Assembly: GCA_963664195.1 (NCBI GenBank)
Contig: OY760907.1
Location: 1,504,001 to 1,568,000 of the forward strand
DNA length: 64,000 bases
Source: an uncultured candidate division Zixibacteria bacterium
GTDB lineage: Bacteria; Zixibacteria; MSB-5A5; GN15; FEB-12
Reading direction: 5' to 3'
Shown: piece after piece, positions 1-9,400 of the stretch
Numbering within the stretch: the stretch's first letter is position 1
Layout: the number at the start of each line of letters is the position of its first letter
The notes under the pieces: model-generated
The model's input: only the letters and a program-made list of their open reading frames with translations
Told to the model about the DNA's origin: nothing
Databases searched by the model: none
Position numbers and translations under genes: made by a program

Positions 1-286
1 TTCTGGTACATTGCACCGCTTCAAGAGAAAGCTTAGTGCTGTATGCTATAGCCGAAGTCGCCGTGGTCGCATCTGGCAACATCGTTTCTGGGACCATATC
101 GTCAGGGATCAAGAAGATTTCAATCGACACCTGGACTACATACACTACAATCCCGTGAAGCATGGGTTGTCACTTGGACCTCAAGAATGGGCGTGGTCTT
201 CATATCACAGGTGGCTGGATGCAGGCGTGTATCAGCCTGATTGGGGACGACTGAAGCATGAAGGCGGACGAGATTACGGCGAATGA
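1..286 (+). CDS. REP-associated tyrosine transposase (RAYT/TnpA-REP), 3' part, 5'-truncated by window edge
   Basis: IWQHRFWDHIVRD..D...HLDYIHYNPVKHGL...W.WSS motif typical of RAYT Y1 HUH transposases; GTAG-foot hairpin immediately downstream. Confidence 0.9.
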   Translation, partial: SGTLHRFKRKLSAVCYSRSRRGRIWQHRFWDHIVRDQEDFNRHLDYIHYNPVKHGLSLGPQEWAWSSYHRWLDAGVYQPDWGRLKHEGGRDYGE

Positions 287-298
287 AGTAATGGAAAT

Positions 299-324
299 GT
301 CAGGTTGCAAGCAACCTGACCTAC
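299..324 (-). repeat. REP hairpin (GTAG foot), copy 1
   Basis: minus strand GTAG-GTCAGGTTGC-TT-GCAACCTGAC, perfect 10-bp stem. Confidence 0.85.
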
Positions 325-455
325 GATATCTTGGACCTCAAGAATGGGCGTGGTCTTCATATCACAGGTGGCTGGATGCAGGCGTGTATCAGCCTGATTG
401 GGGACGACTGAAGCATGAAGGCGGACGAGATTACGGCGAATGAAGTAATGGAAAT

Positions 456-481
456 GTCAGGTTGCAAGCAACCTGACCTAC
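456..481 (-). repeat. REP hairpin (GTAG foot), copy 2
   Basis: identical to 299-324, inside the tandem duplication. Confidence 0.85.
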
Positions 482-627
482 GATATCTATAACCGAATCG
501 TGGCAAACAAGATATTGTGCTGGATTATAGTCGTCGTTGAGTGTAGAATGGTCATGGATTCATCGCCCCATTCGAGGGGCTACAAGGCGTCGACGGCCGG
601 GACAATCGAATTCAGGAGAGGGATGCA

Positions 628-1221
628 ATGAAGAAGGAAGAAGTTTTCGATGCTCATGCTCTACCCAAGCTGCGGAAGCTCTCGGGTGGATTCTTCATGA
701 GGAGGATATTCCAGAAAGCAGGACCGCAAGACCGTGTCGCCTACGGGCTTTCAATGAACTTCATACGACTTGTTGACCAAGCAATCAGATCGTACGAGGC
801 GGGCAGGGCTGCTATGGAGGACTTCGCCAATACACATGAACACCTGGCGTGGGGTAGTTTGGAAACTGCTTGTGGACAGTTCGAGCTATGTGTGCAGTCC
901 ATTTACAGAGCAGAAGCGATGGCGACCGGGGTGATCAAGTACAAGGATTCGCCTCCGTCCCTGATCAAGTGTTATTCTTCGTCGAAGAACGTCTTGTCAA
1001 ACCGTCTCTCGAAGGACATCTCGAAGATGAGGAACACGATCCACCACTTAGACAAGGAGTTACGTGGAGGCAACATCGATGATGGTCAGGCTGTATCACT
1101 GGTTCCAGGGTGTCATGCGCTGGAACTTGGCAAGGTGAGCGTTAAATATGATATCCTGGTGGAGGCCATCACAACTCTATACCCCATTTCTGAAGCAGTA
1201 TCCAGGTACAGGGAGAATTGA
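628..1221 (+). CDS. hypothetical protein (197 aa, helical; possibly HEPN-like)
   Basis: open ORF with AGGAGAGGG RBS; RNTIHH resembles the Rx4-6H HEPN motif. Confidence 0.7.
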   Translation: MKKEEVFDAHALPKLRKLSGGFFMRRIFQKAGPQDRVAYGLSMNFIRLVDQAIRSYEAGRAAMEDFANTHEHLAWGSLETACGQFELCVQSIYRAEAMATGVIKYKDSPPSLIKCYSSSKNVLSNRLSKDISKMRNTIHHLDKELRGGNIDDGQAVSLVPGCHALELGKVSVKYDILVEAITTLYPISEAVSRYREN

Positions 1222-1437
1222 CGCCGATGGGCCACCAGATGAGAAGCCAATATTCGGGCGTGACAAAGAGATATTGCCCTCTTGCCTTAAGGTGTTGCGA
1301 CGCTGGGAGATAGGGGCGCTCGAAAAATAGTCCAGACCACTGTGTATAGAATGTTATAAATAGCGGGGTGTGACATCGACATCATTGGACTTCTAAGAAG
1401 AAATGGACCGCTACTGTCTTCTGCGATAAAAACGGAA

Positions 1438-2925
1438 TTGATGAAGACCGGGATGTCAGATGAAGCCGCCAGAAAGGCCATTTCTAGACAGAAGGGAGTG
1501 GTGAAACGACTTGCAGGGAACCTGTTTCCTAACAGGGAACGGTTTCTGTATATTGAAGATCAGTTCGAGACGTCCGTCTACTTCGAGAATCTCCTTGAAG
1601 CCCTGAAGGAAACCGAATCGGTTCATTTTGGGGCCATTTCGGCGTTGGCATTGTGGGGAGGCAAAGTATCTCTGGAAAGGTTCCGTGTTCTGTCAGGCGC
1701 TCCCGAGAAGCGCAAGAAGCACAAGAACTTCGACAGGCTCTTGGTCGAACTGACCCGATCTAAACTATTGTTTAGGAAAACAGAAGAAGCCGTTGATGTT
1801 GTTGAATTGCATAGCCAATTGGAGACCGATGCTCTGTATTCTGATATCAAACCTGGGGTGCTCGAGACATTGCAGAATGTCTTGATTGGCGGAGTGCGTC
1901 AGTGGTTGCAGCGAAATAGGTTCGGATCCTTCAATTCTATCAGACAGAACCATGATTTCAATTCCTACTACTGGGATCTAACAGCACCAACCTACTTGTT
2001 CCCTTTGATGCAGATTAGGGAAGATGGGGTCACCCCGGCATTCACGGTTGTCGATATATTGCCGCAGTATGACATAGGACCAGATCACATCACGTTTTTC
2101 ATGAAGAAGTTCAAAGCCTGTCGCAGCCAATACAAGTCAGGAAGATTCTTCCCCATTCTAATCGGGAACAGTTTCACGACAGAGGCCTTTGAAATGGCCA
2201 TAGGGTCTAACATCCTTGTTACAACTCCGGGAAACCTCTTCGGAGAAGATGTCCAACAACTGATCGATGATCTCAAGGATACGCTAACAAACTTTGGGAG
2301 TGCAGTTTCTGCGAAGAGCGATAAAGAGATTGTTAAATTGATTTCAGCGGTCAGCAAGTTTGAAGGAAGAACCCACACCATTCGAGGTGCATTGTTCGAG
2401 TTGTTGTGTGGTGCAATTGTTCATTCCAAATACGGTTGCTTTATAGAAATTGGGAAGAAGATCAGGTCCGTTGAAGGTAAACAAGCTGAAATCGATGTCT
2501 TTTGTGCAATTGGGAAGAGAGAACTCCGGTTCTATGAGTGCAAGGGGTATAATTCCCATCAGGTAATCGACGAGGCAGCCATTGAGGATTGGAAACGTAA
2601 GATAAAAAGAATACGCTCTTGGCTTACCTCCATAAGCGAGTACCGAGATAGAGATATCCACTTCGAGTATTGGGCTACTTGCCCCTACTCTTCGGATGCC
2701 ACCAGCCTCTTGAACAGAATGAAGAGTACGAAAAAGTATACTGTTGAATATGGAGATATAGGAATGATCAAGGCTGAAGCAAGGTCCCAGAAACTCAGCA
2801 GTATCGGGGACATGCTAAGGGCATGTAAGTATTTTTGTGTAAGCGGCCATGATGTATATTGGATTGAAGGAGGATACGCATGGCCAAGAAGCTCGACAAT
2901 GCAGACAAGCTTATCGATGAAATGA
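1438..2925 (+). CDS. hypothetical protein with C-terminal PD-(D/E)xK nuclease-like domain; last codons replaced by IS256 sequence
   Basis: GALFE...EIDV...FYECKG motif; frame is open back to ~1360; native end MLRQYFGSP* lies at 4138-4167 beyond the IS. Confidence 0.7.
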   Translation: MMKTGMSDEAARKAISRQKGVVKRLAGNLFPNRERFLYIEDQFETSVYFENLLEALKETESVHFGAISALALWGGKVSLERFRVLSGAPEKRKKHKNFDRLLVELTRSKLLFRKTEEAVDVVELHSQLETDALYSDIKPGVLETLQNVLIGGVRQWLQRNRFGSFNSIRQNHDFNSYYWDLTAPTYLFPLMQIREDGVTPAFTVVDILPQYDIGPDHITFFMKKFKACRSQYKSGRFFPILIGNSFTTEAFEMAIGSNILVTTPGNLFGEDVQQLIDDLKDTLTNFGSAVSAKSDKEIVKLISAVSKFEGRTHTIRGALFELLCGAIVHSKYGCFIEIGKKIRSVEGKQAEIDVFCAIGKRELRFYECKGYNSHQVIDEAAIEDWKRKIKRIRSWLTSISEYRDRDIHFEYWATCPYSSDATSLLNRMKSTKKYTVEYGDIGMIKAEARSQKLSSIGDMLRACKYFCVSGHDVYWIEGGYAWPRSSTMQTSLSMK

Positions 2926-4136
2926 TCGCCGGGAAGACGCCCGAGGAGATAGTCGGCGAGGGCGGTCTTCTCGAAGCGCTTACGAAACGCGTCTACGAAC
3001 GCGCCCTCGAAGGCGAGATGACGCACCATCTGGGCTACCCCCCCAAAGCCCCCGAGGGCCGCAACAGCGGCAACTCCCGCAACGGCAAGACCACCAAGAC
3101 AGTTAAGACCGGGGCCGAGGATGTGAACTTAGCGATTCCCCGGGACCGCAACGGCCAGTTCGAGCCACAGCTGGTCAAAAAGCATCAGCGTCGCCTGCCG
3201 GGTTTCGACGACAAGGTACTGGCGCTGTATGCTCGTGGGCTTTCGACCCGTGATATCCAGGGTCATCTTGAGGAGATGTACGGATCGGCCGTGTCGCCGG
3301 CGTTGATATCGGCGGTGACGGACGCAGTTTTGGAGGAGGTGACGGCGTGGCAGAACCGTCCGTTGGAGCCGGTGTATCCGATCGTGTACCTTGATGCCAT
3401 CCACCTGAAGATGCGTCACAGCGGGCAGATCAAGAACCAGGCAGTGTATCTGGCTCTGGGGATCAACCGTGAGGGCGGCAAGGAGTTACTGGGGTTGTGG
3501 GTCGGCGAGCACGAGGGGGCCAAGTTCTGGTTGAACGTGCTGACCCAGTTGAAGAACCGTGGGGTGCAGGACATCCTGATTGCCTGTGTGGACGGTCTGA
3601 GCGGTTTCCCCGACGCGATCGAGGCGGCCTATCCGAAGGCGCAGGTGCAGTTGTGCATCGTGCACATGGTGCGCAACTCGCTGAAGTATGTCTCCTGGAA
3701 ACAGCGCAAGGCGGTGGCCGCCGATCTCAAGAGTGTTTATTCGGCGCCCAACGTGGAGGCCGCCGAGGAGGCCCTGGCCGCGCTTGAGGCCCGGTATGAG
3801 GACAGCTTCCCGCAAATCGCGCGCTCGTGGCGATCCTGCTGGGTGAACATCATTCCGTTTTTTGACTATCCGCCGGCGATTCGGAAAGTTATCTATACGA
3901 CTAATGCGATTGAATCGATGAACGCTCAGCTGCGGAAAGTTACGAGAAATCGCGGCTCGTTTCCGACCGCCGACTCGGTGAGGAAGGTGCTGTATTTGGC
4001 GATACAGAGAATCTCGATGAAGTGGAAACGACCGATCAAAGACTGGGTGGCGGCACTCAACCACTTCAGCATCATGTTTGAGGGAAGAATCTGACAACCG
4101 TGAAAAGGCTGCTTACACAAAATTCTGTACAGACCC
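2819..4136 (+). mobile_element. IS256-family insertion sequence (1318 bp)
   Basis: imperfect 30-bp terminal IRs GGGCATGTAAGTATTTTTGTGTAAGCGGCC / GGCTGCTTACACAAAATTCTGTACAGACCC; 8-bp TSD CATGCTAA at 2811-2818 and 4137-4144. Confidence 0.97.
2880..4094 (+). CDS. IS256-family transposase
   Basis: RNG...PRDR.G.FEP, YLDAI, DGL.G, QLCIVH, TTNAIES motifs. Confidence 0.97.
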   Translation: MAKKLDNADKLIDEMIAGKTPEEIVGEGGLLEALTKRVYERALEGEMTHHLGYPPKAPEGRNSGNSRNGKTTKTVKTGAEDVNLAIPRDRNGQFEPQLVKKHQRRLPGFDDKVLALYARGLSTRDIQGHLEEMYGSAVSPALISAVTDAVLEEVTAWQNRPLEPVYPIVYLDAIHLKMRHSGQIKNQAVYLALGINREGGKELLGLWVGEHEGAKFWLNVLTQLKNRGVQDILIACVDGLSGFPDAIEAAYPKAQVQLCIVHMVRNSLKYVSWKQRKAVAADLKSVYSAPNVEAAEEALAALEARYEDSFPQIARSWRSCWVNIIPFFDYPPAIRKVIYTTNAIESMNAQLRKVTRNRGSFPTADSVRKVLYLAIQRISMKWKRPIKDWVAALNHFSIMFEGRI

Positions 4137-4363
4137 CATGCTAAGGCAATACTTCGGCTCTCCGTAACTGTGGTGTGCGTCGCTCTTTGCTGGTCTCTGT
4201 CAGAATAACCTTTCATCCAAACGTTCGGGGGAGGACCGGTAGGATTGACTTGTTCTTCGTCCCCCCCCCCATCTTCATGAAACTCTTTCGCCGTTCCCTT
4301 GTTTAGGTTACTATTAGCAACAACCAAGTTTTGTATCTTCGATGAATTGGAAAGGGAATCAAC

Positions 4364-4558
4364 ATGGCAACGTACGAATGTCCGAAATGTGGTATGGCAG
4401 TCAACGCTACCTGCGCCAAATGCGACGCCCCGCTCGTTAACAATACGCTGAAACTGGACGACGGCACGGAAGTCCAAGTCTCCGAATGTCCCAACGGACA
4501 CGGCAAAATCAAGTCGCCGATGTGCTGCGGGCAGGATATGAGCTGCTCACTGAAATAG
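4364..4558 (+). CDS. small Cys-rich metal-binding protein (desulforedoxin-like CxxC...CC)
   Basis: 64 aa, 8 Cys: YECPKCG, CAKC, CPNGH, MCCGQDM; GGAAAGGGA RBS. Confidence 0.8.
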   Translation: MATYECPKCGMAVNATCAKCDAPLVNNTLKLDDGTEVQVSECPNGHGKIKSPMCCGQDMSCSLK

Positions 4559-4568
4559 TCTGAGTCAG

Positions 4569-5141
4569 TTGAGTAGTCCATTCGTTCCCGAATTCAACGG
4601 CTTACGCGCCCGCGAGTTGGCCTTGCATCTCATCAACGATATCGACGTCTCGCGCGTCGACAGTCTTCTCCGTGACTACGATGAGTCTGACTATTTCCTC
4701 GGCGAGCTTCATCGAAGCTGTGTCCCTCGATTTGACGACGAAGGTCGACGCACCAAGTACGGTTTCCTCGTTGAACTCAAAGGCAAGCCGGCCGGGCTGT
4801 GCCTTCTTGGCATCAGTAGTTTCGAACACAAACGAGGCTACACCGGTGCTGACACCCTGCCGCACATGCGGGGGAAGGGGGTCGCTCCGGGATGCAAGCC
4901 CGCACTGCTCTATCTTGCGTTTGAATTGCTGGGATTGAATCGCGTAGAGACAGGGTGTGCTGTGTCCAACAACGCATCGCGCCGGTCGATCGAGAAGACG
5001 AAGGGCTTTCGGTTTGAAGGGACATTGCGCGGGTACAGTCGCAACGCCGAGGATGAGTTCGAAGACGAGCTGCGGTACGGGATTCTCCGGGAGGACTGGC
5101 TCGAACTATATGATGTCGCCGATATAGAGGTGATCGTCTGA
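4569..5141 (+). CDS. GNAT N-acetyltransferase (RimJ/RimL type)
   Basis: RGKG, AFELLGLNRV, NxASRR.IEK..GF.FEG.LR, YGILREDW. Confidence 0.85.
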   Translation: MSSPFVPEFNGLRARELALHLINDIDVSRVDSLLRDYDESDYFLGELHRSCVPRFDDEGRRTKYGFLVELKGKPAGLCLLGISSFEHKRGYTGADTLPHMRGKGVAPGCKPALLYLAFELLGLNRVETGCAVSNNASRRSIEKTKGFRFEGTLRGYSRNAEDEFEDELRYGILREDWLELYDVADIEVIV

Positions 5142-5183
5142 CGGCGGGCTTCGGACTGGCTCGCCTGTGAGACTCACAAGAAA

Positions 5184-5211
5184 CGGCCCCGTCAGGTGAC
5201 TGACAGGGCCG
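5184..5211. terminator. hairpin between convergent genes, probable terminator
   Basis: CGGCCCCGTCAG-GTGA-CTGACAGGGCCG; U-rich tail on the minus strand. Confidence 0.65.
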
Positions 5212-5243
5212 CTTGACAGAATCAACAAAGCGAACGAATCGAC

Positions 5244-8200
5244 TTACTTCATAAGAAGCATCTTTTTGGTTTCGCGGAACTCACCGGCGGTTGCTCGATA
5301 GAGGTACACACCGGATGCAACTTGCGAACCGTCCCATTGTACTTCGACCGTACCCGGCTCAGAGCTACCTTCGAACCGCTCCACTCGTTGGCCGAGGATG
5401 TTGAAAATCTCAATGCTCCAATCCGAGGCCTCAGGCAGTGCCAAACTGATCACGGTTGTCGGATTGAACGGGTTGGGGTAGTTCTGGCTGAGTGCGAATA
5501 CTGTTGGGAGGCCGTCAGACTCGGGTTTCCAGAAACCACAGTCAAACCTCACAGCCCCCACCGAATAGTCAGTGTACATCTCATGATGTCCGGCAGCAGA
5601 CTTGGTTCCCTCCATATCGGAGTACGTCAGGTACGCGTAGGCACCCAATAGCATGACCCGTTGGGTGAGCCTAACCTCGGCAAGCTTCACTGAGCCGTCT
5701 TTGGCGCATCCCGCGAATCCCATGCCGGTAGACAGTAATACTGCGCGACGTCCCACCGCACTGTCACTCACGCCGGTCTCTGTCGAGACAACACTGAGAT
5801 AGTTGTTGGTATCGACCGTCACCTTGACCTCAAAAGCACCAGCATCAACGTTGGAGCGAACCCAGATTTCGATAGTCTCAGTCTTGGGTTTGTAAGTTAT
5901 GTCCGAAGTATTGTAGAACTGGCAGACAGCAGCAATTGCGGTATCAAAGGGACTCCAGGTCAGCATTCCGCTGGCGGAATCGGCCGTTCCGTCGCACTGT
6001 GCATCAGTCACTCTGGCGTCTGTGAGCGACGCGGCATTGCTAACAACGAATTCAGGTACATCAAGAATATACGGTGCAGACCAGGTAGGCGTTGTGGAGA
6101 TGTCTCCGATAAGCTCTACTTCGAGTTGAACCATGTCCTGTGTATCTCCCGGTCCGACGTTGTTGCCAAGCGACGAGTCGGCTATTTGGATCAAAGACAC
6201 ATTGCGGAAATTCAGCATTCGATATGCAAAGGACAAGGAGTCGTTAAGGGAGGAGTAGCCCTCATATTCCGTACTGTCGTGCAGATTGACGTTGACCACC
6301 ACACCCGTATCACCGTGAGAAGTCGTCGCATCACCAGCGGAGAAGGTGCTTGACAGCAGAATATCCCACGTCATGACATCCAGCTTTCCGACAGGATCAC
6401 CGCTGAATTCGGCGAGATACTTCGCTGCAGGTTCGTCAGTAATGCTGCCATCGACAAGGGAATCGGCCACGTCAGCCTGCATGCACTTCGTAACGCAGAA
6501 AGTAGTGTCCATGAATGACAGCAAAGTGGAGTCGTTCCATAGGTCACATTTTGCCAGGAAATTGACCGTATAGAGCACGTCTTCGTCGAGATGTGCGGGG
6601 TAGTAAATGGAATCAATCGAGAAATTCGTCGTGAGGTTCATGACGATGGCGGTGTCGCTTCGAGTGTACGCACCGACTCCCAGCCATCCGTATTCCGCTG
6701 CCGGCAGATCACAGGACAGATACTCCAGCTTTGCTGTGTCGTGATCTATCCACACCTCATACCAGTAGGCCCGGAAGTTGCTTTTGAGACTAACCGGAAC
6801 CCTGACCGTATCACCAGCGGAGACGGTAATCGTATCATGGGGAATAGTCAGACTAGCCACCCAGAGTTCCGAATGAGCGAAAGTACTCTCGAAAGTCCCC
6901 GGTGCGAAAGCGGAATCGCCTCCAAAGTCAATCCAGTTGCGATCATAGCCATCGCCGAAATCTACGTACGCTGAATCACCGTTTGCTACACAATTGAGTT
7001 TAAAGGTGAGGTTACCAAACGTTTGGTAGGAGCTAGTCAGTAAGATTCCGGAATCCGGGGGGGCATCGAAAGAAAGCACTACAAAGGTAGTGTCCCCCTC
7101 GGACACCGTGGTGTCACCAAACGAATACGGCCATACGCTTTCATCAGCTGCCGTACTGACGAGCGTCAGTTTGTCAGAGTCGTAGGCGATATAAGCCTTG
7201 GCTGACTCCACTACGCTGCCCGGCCCGGCATTCGTTTTCTTGATTCTGAACGGGATTACAAGGAGAGTATCGTCATCCGGACAGACCACCGGTGGCATTG
7301 CCGTGTCGCTCTCAAGAGCAAACGTGAGGTAGTCGTCGGCGGGTGGGGCGAAATCCCCCGAACTGATGGTTCCGTTGTTCCAGGTTACGCTCTTGGGACC
7401 GTCACACCTGGGAAAGAAGGGGTGCTGGACGGATTCCACGAAATCCAGCCCGGTGGTGTCACCCCACATATCCGGTTGGAGAACAAACTGGAGAGTGAAC
7501 AGTGTATCCTCCGTGGTGAATGCTGGCATGCCGGTCATGTTTTGATAATCCGCTCCTAAGGTCGTGTCACCCCAATTGGTGACTCCCGAAATCGGGTAAT
7601 CTCCATCTATATATCCCACATACTCTAGTTTCGATGATTGGAAGTTAATCTTCATGCAGCCTGAGTAGCTGCGAGCATTACTTTCAAGGTAGACCGGCAC
7701 ATCTACCGTGTCACCTATGCAGCCGGTGAAGATCGCATTATGAATACTGTAAGTTGCCTCGTACAGTGTCTTGGCGGCGACAGTGTTTGCGGTAGAGCCG
7801 GGATAGTGGCCGGTTGGCAGCCCTACGTATAGGACTCGGTTGTTTTCACCGGCACCTCCCAAAAAGGTGATCGGCGATGTCCCGGCCTCTCCTCCGCAGT
7901 TGACCTTAAACGTAAGAGTCGCGAACGTCTCAGGAGTGTCGCTGGTTCCTACACCGGTGCCAGACGTGTCAGTGAACGTCAATCTCGTGTGAGTGTCATC
8001 CCCTTCCGTTATCACGGTGTCCTTGAAGTCGTACGGCCAGACGGCGGTATCGACCTCGACGCCAATCAACGTGACTTCATCAGTGTCATACGCCACCGAC
8101 CCCTCGATGAATTCCATCATTCGAGTGCTGCCGCCCCTGGCGATGCCGAATTGAACAACGATAAGTGTATCCCCATCGCCTGCTGGTATCGCTTCCGGGG

Positions 8201-8351
8201 CCATTGCTGTGTCACTTGACGTAAGTTGAAAGACCAGCGAGTCGTCGATAGGGGGCGTCAGCGCCGACGCCGGCGTGTAGCCTATCATCAGAAGGGCTAC
8301 AGTGAGTACCGCTAGGACAAAGCCCGAGCGTAATAAATTCTTAACAAACAT
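5244..8351 (-). CDS. large secreted cohesin-like repeat protein with C-terminal T9SS-type/FlgD-Ig sorting domain
   Basis: GGAGGA RBS, signal peptide, repeated GDTV.VPV.L.SN and YD..KL cohesin-like modules, FALSQNYPNPFNP...SGVYLYR...KKM.L.K tail. Confidence 0.85.
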   Translation of the reverse strand: MFVKNLLRSGFVLAVLTVALLMIGYTPASALTPPIDDSLVFQLTSSDTAMAPEAIPAGDGDTLIVVQFGIARGGSTRMMEFIEGSVAYDTDEVTLIGVEVDTAVWPYDFKDTVITEGDDTHTRLTFTDTSGTGVGTSDTPETFATLTFKVNCGGEAGTSPITFLGGAGENNRVLYVGLPTGHYPGSTANTVAAKTLYEATYSIHNAIFTGCIGDTVDVPVYLESNARSYSGCMKINFQSSKLEYVGYIDGDYPISGVTNWGDTTLGADYQNMTGMPAFTTEDTLFTLQFVLQPDMWGDTTGLDFVESVQHPFFPRCDGPKSVTWNNGTISSGDFAPPADDYLTFALESDTAMPPVVCPDDDTLLVIPFRIKKTNAGPGSVVESAKAYIAYDSDKLTLVSTAADESVWPYSFGDTTVSEGDTTFVVLSFDAPPDSGILLTSSYQTFGNLTFKLNCVANGDSAYVDFGDGYDRNWIDFGGDSAFAPGTFESTFAHSELWVASLTIPHDTITVSAGDTVRVPVSLKSNFRAYWYEVWIDHDTAKLEYLSCDLPAAEYGWLGVGAYTRSDTAIVMNLTTNFSIDSIYYPAHLDEDVLYTVNFLAKCDLWNDSTLLSFMDTTFCVTKCMQADVADSLVDGSITDEPAAKYLAEFSGDPVGKLDVMTWDILLSSTFSAGDATTSHGDTGVVVNVNLHDSTEYEGYSSLNDSLSFAYRMLNFRNVSLIQIADSSLGNNVGPGDTQDMVQLEVELIGDISTTPTWSAPYILDVPEFVVSNAASLTDARVTDAQCDGTADSASGMLTWSPFDTAIAAVCQFYNTSDITYKPKTETIEIWVRSNVDAGAFEVKVTVDTNNYLSVVSTETGVSDSAVGRRAVLLSTGMGFAGCAKDGSVKLAEVRLTQRVMLLGAYAYLTYSDMEGTKSAAGHHEMYTDYSVGAVRFDCGFWKPESDGLPTVFALSQNYPNPFNPTTVISLALPEASDWSIEIFNILGQRVERFEGSSEPGTVEVQWDGSQVASGVYLYRATAGEFRETKKMLLMK

Positions 8352-8807
8352 TAGACATCCTCCATGTGACAATTCAGGTTCCGAAAAAACAAGTGCCAAA
8401 AGTAATCAGGTGGATGCAATCGTATCTACCCTTCGGTCATTACCTCCTTTCCTGTGCCTGTCTGTGGAGAGAAAACTCCGCAACCCTACTAGGTGTAGTG
8501 CCTATCTCCGAAACCGCTAATCCCCGCTGCCATGAGGCGGGAAATGTGTCTCAGAGAACGATAGTGCCTTGGATGATTCTGTATGAGATTCTGTCAGCGA
8601 CTGCTATGTCGCGTTATGGATAGTGCACGCGGATTTGCCTCCCAGTTGTCAGCCCCACACAAAAAAGATACCCTTGTCGTCAACGCGATGCAACGGAAAA
8701 GATTTCCGTTTAGCCTAGGATCGTGTTTCATTTCATGCTTGCGTATTTTCTTCAAACCAGAGAACATGAACCGACACGTTTTTGCTACAATTCATAAGGA
8801 ACAGATC

Positions 8808-9143
8808 ATGACATTTCTATACTTGAATTCAGATCAGATGGGGGACGGTGACCCGGAACTCGGCCGGAAACTGATGAAAGGATTCCTGATGCATGTCGTC
8901 AAATCCGGAGTGAAGATTGACATGGTGGGGTGTGTGAACTCCGGTATCAACCTGACGACCGAGGGCAGCGATGTGCTCGACAGTCTCAAGGCGCTCGAAG
9001 AGCAGGGGGCACAGATTGCCTCGTGTGGCACCTGCCTGGATCATTACGGAAAGAAAGAGCAGCTTCGGATAGGCGTGGTCGGCTCAATGGATATGACGGT
9101 TGCCGTTATGGCCGAGGCTGATCGGGTAATTCGGCCGAACTGA
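8808..9143 (+). CDS. DsrE-family / YedF-like selenium-sulfur relay protein
   Basis: MG.GD.ELG..LM..F, NSGI.LT, SCGTCLDHYG, VG.M motifs; AAGGA RBS. Confidence 0.85.
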   Translation: MTFLYLNSDQMGDGDPELGRKLMKGFLMHVVKSGVKIDMVGCVNSGINLTTEGSDVLDSLKALEEQGAQIASCGTCLDHYGKKEQLRIGVVGSMDMTVAVMAEADRVIRPN

Positions 9144-9400
9144 CGGAAGATGCGGGCAATAGAGCAGGGCAGGCTTGAACGGGGAGCTGTGTCGATATAC
9201 GGCAGGCTGGGGGAGACGACACGCCGATTCGTCGGGTTTCTGCCGCCCACGATGATGCGAATGGCAGGCGGCCCCGGCACGCGGCCCCGGCCTTTTTTTC
9301 TTTGAATCTACCGACCGGAATCGCGTTATTCCGGTTACTGTCGGTCTGTGCTCGAAGATCAAGATGCCGGAACCGCGTATGACGGCAAGAGGAGGTCTCG

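Larger units (their letters stand above)
173..488. repeat. 157-bp perfect tandem duplication (173-329 and 330-486, plus 2-bp overhang)
   Basis: CTTGGACCTCAAGAATGG...CTACGATAT repeated back to back; covers the RAYT 3' end and its REP. Confidence 0.95.

Noticed and set aside
258..443. 61-aa ORF repeating the RAYT C-terminus
   Set aside because: By-product of the 157-bp tandem duplication, not an independent gene.
4261..4270. C10 homopolymer as a phase-variation tract
   Set aside because: Intergenic, with no clear promoter placement; could be chance or sequencing noise.
8364..8800. Riboswitch or sigma54 promoter upstream of the cohesin-like gene
   Set aside because: No c-di-GMP or c-di-AMP consensus found by eye; the GGCAC motifs on the minus strand lack the TTGC -12 element.
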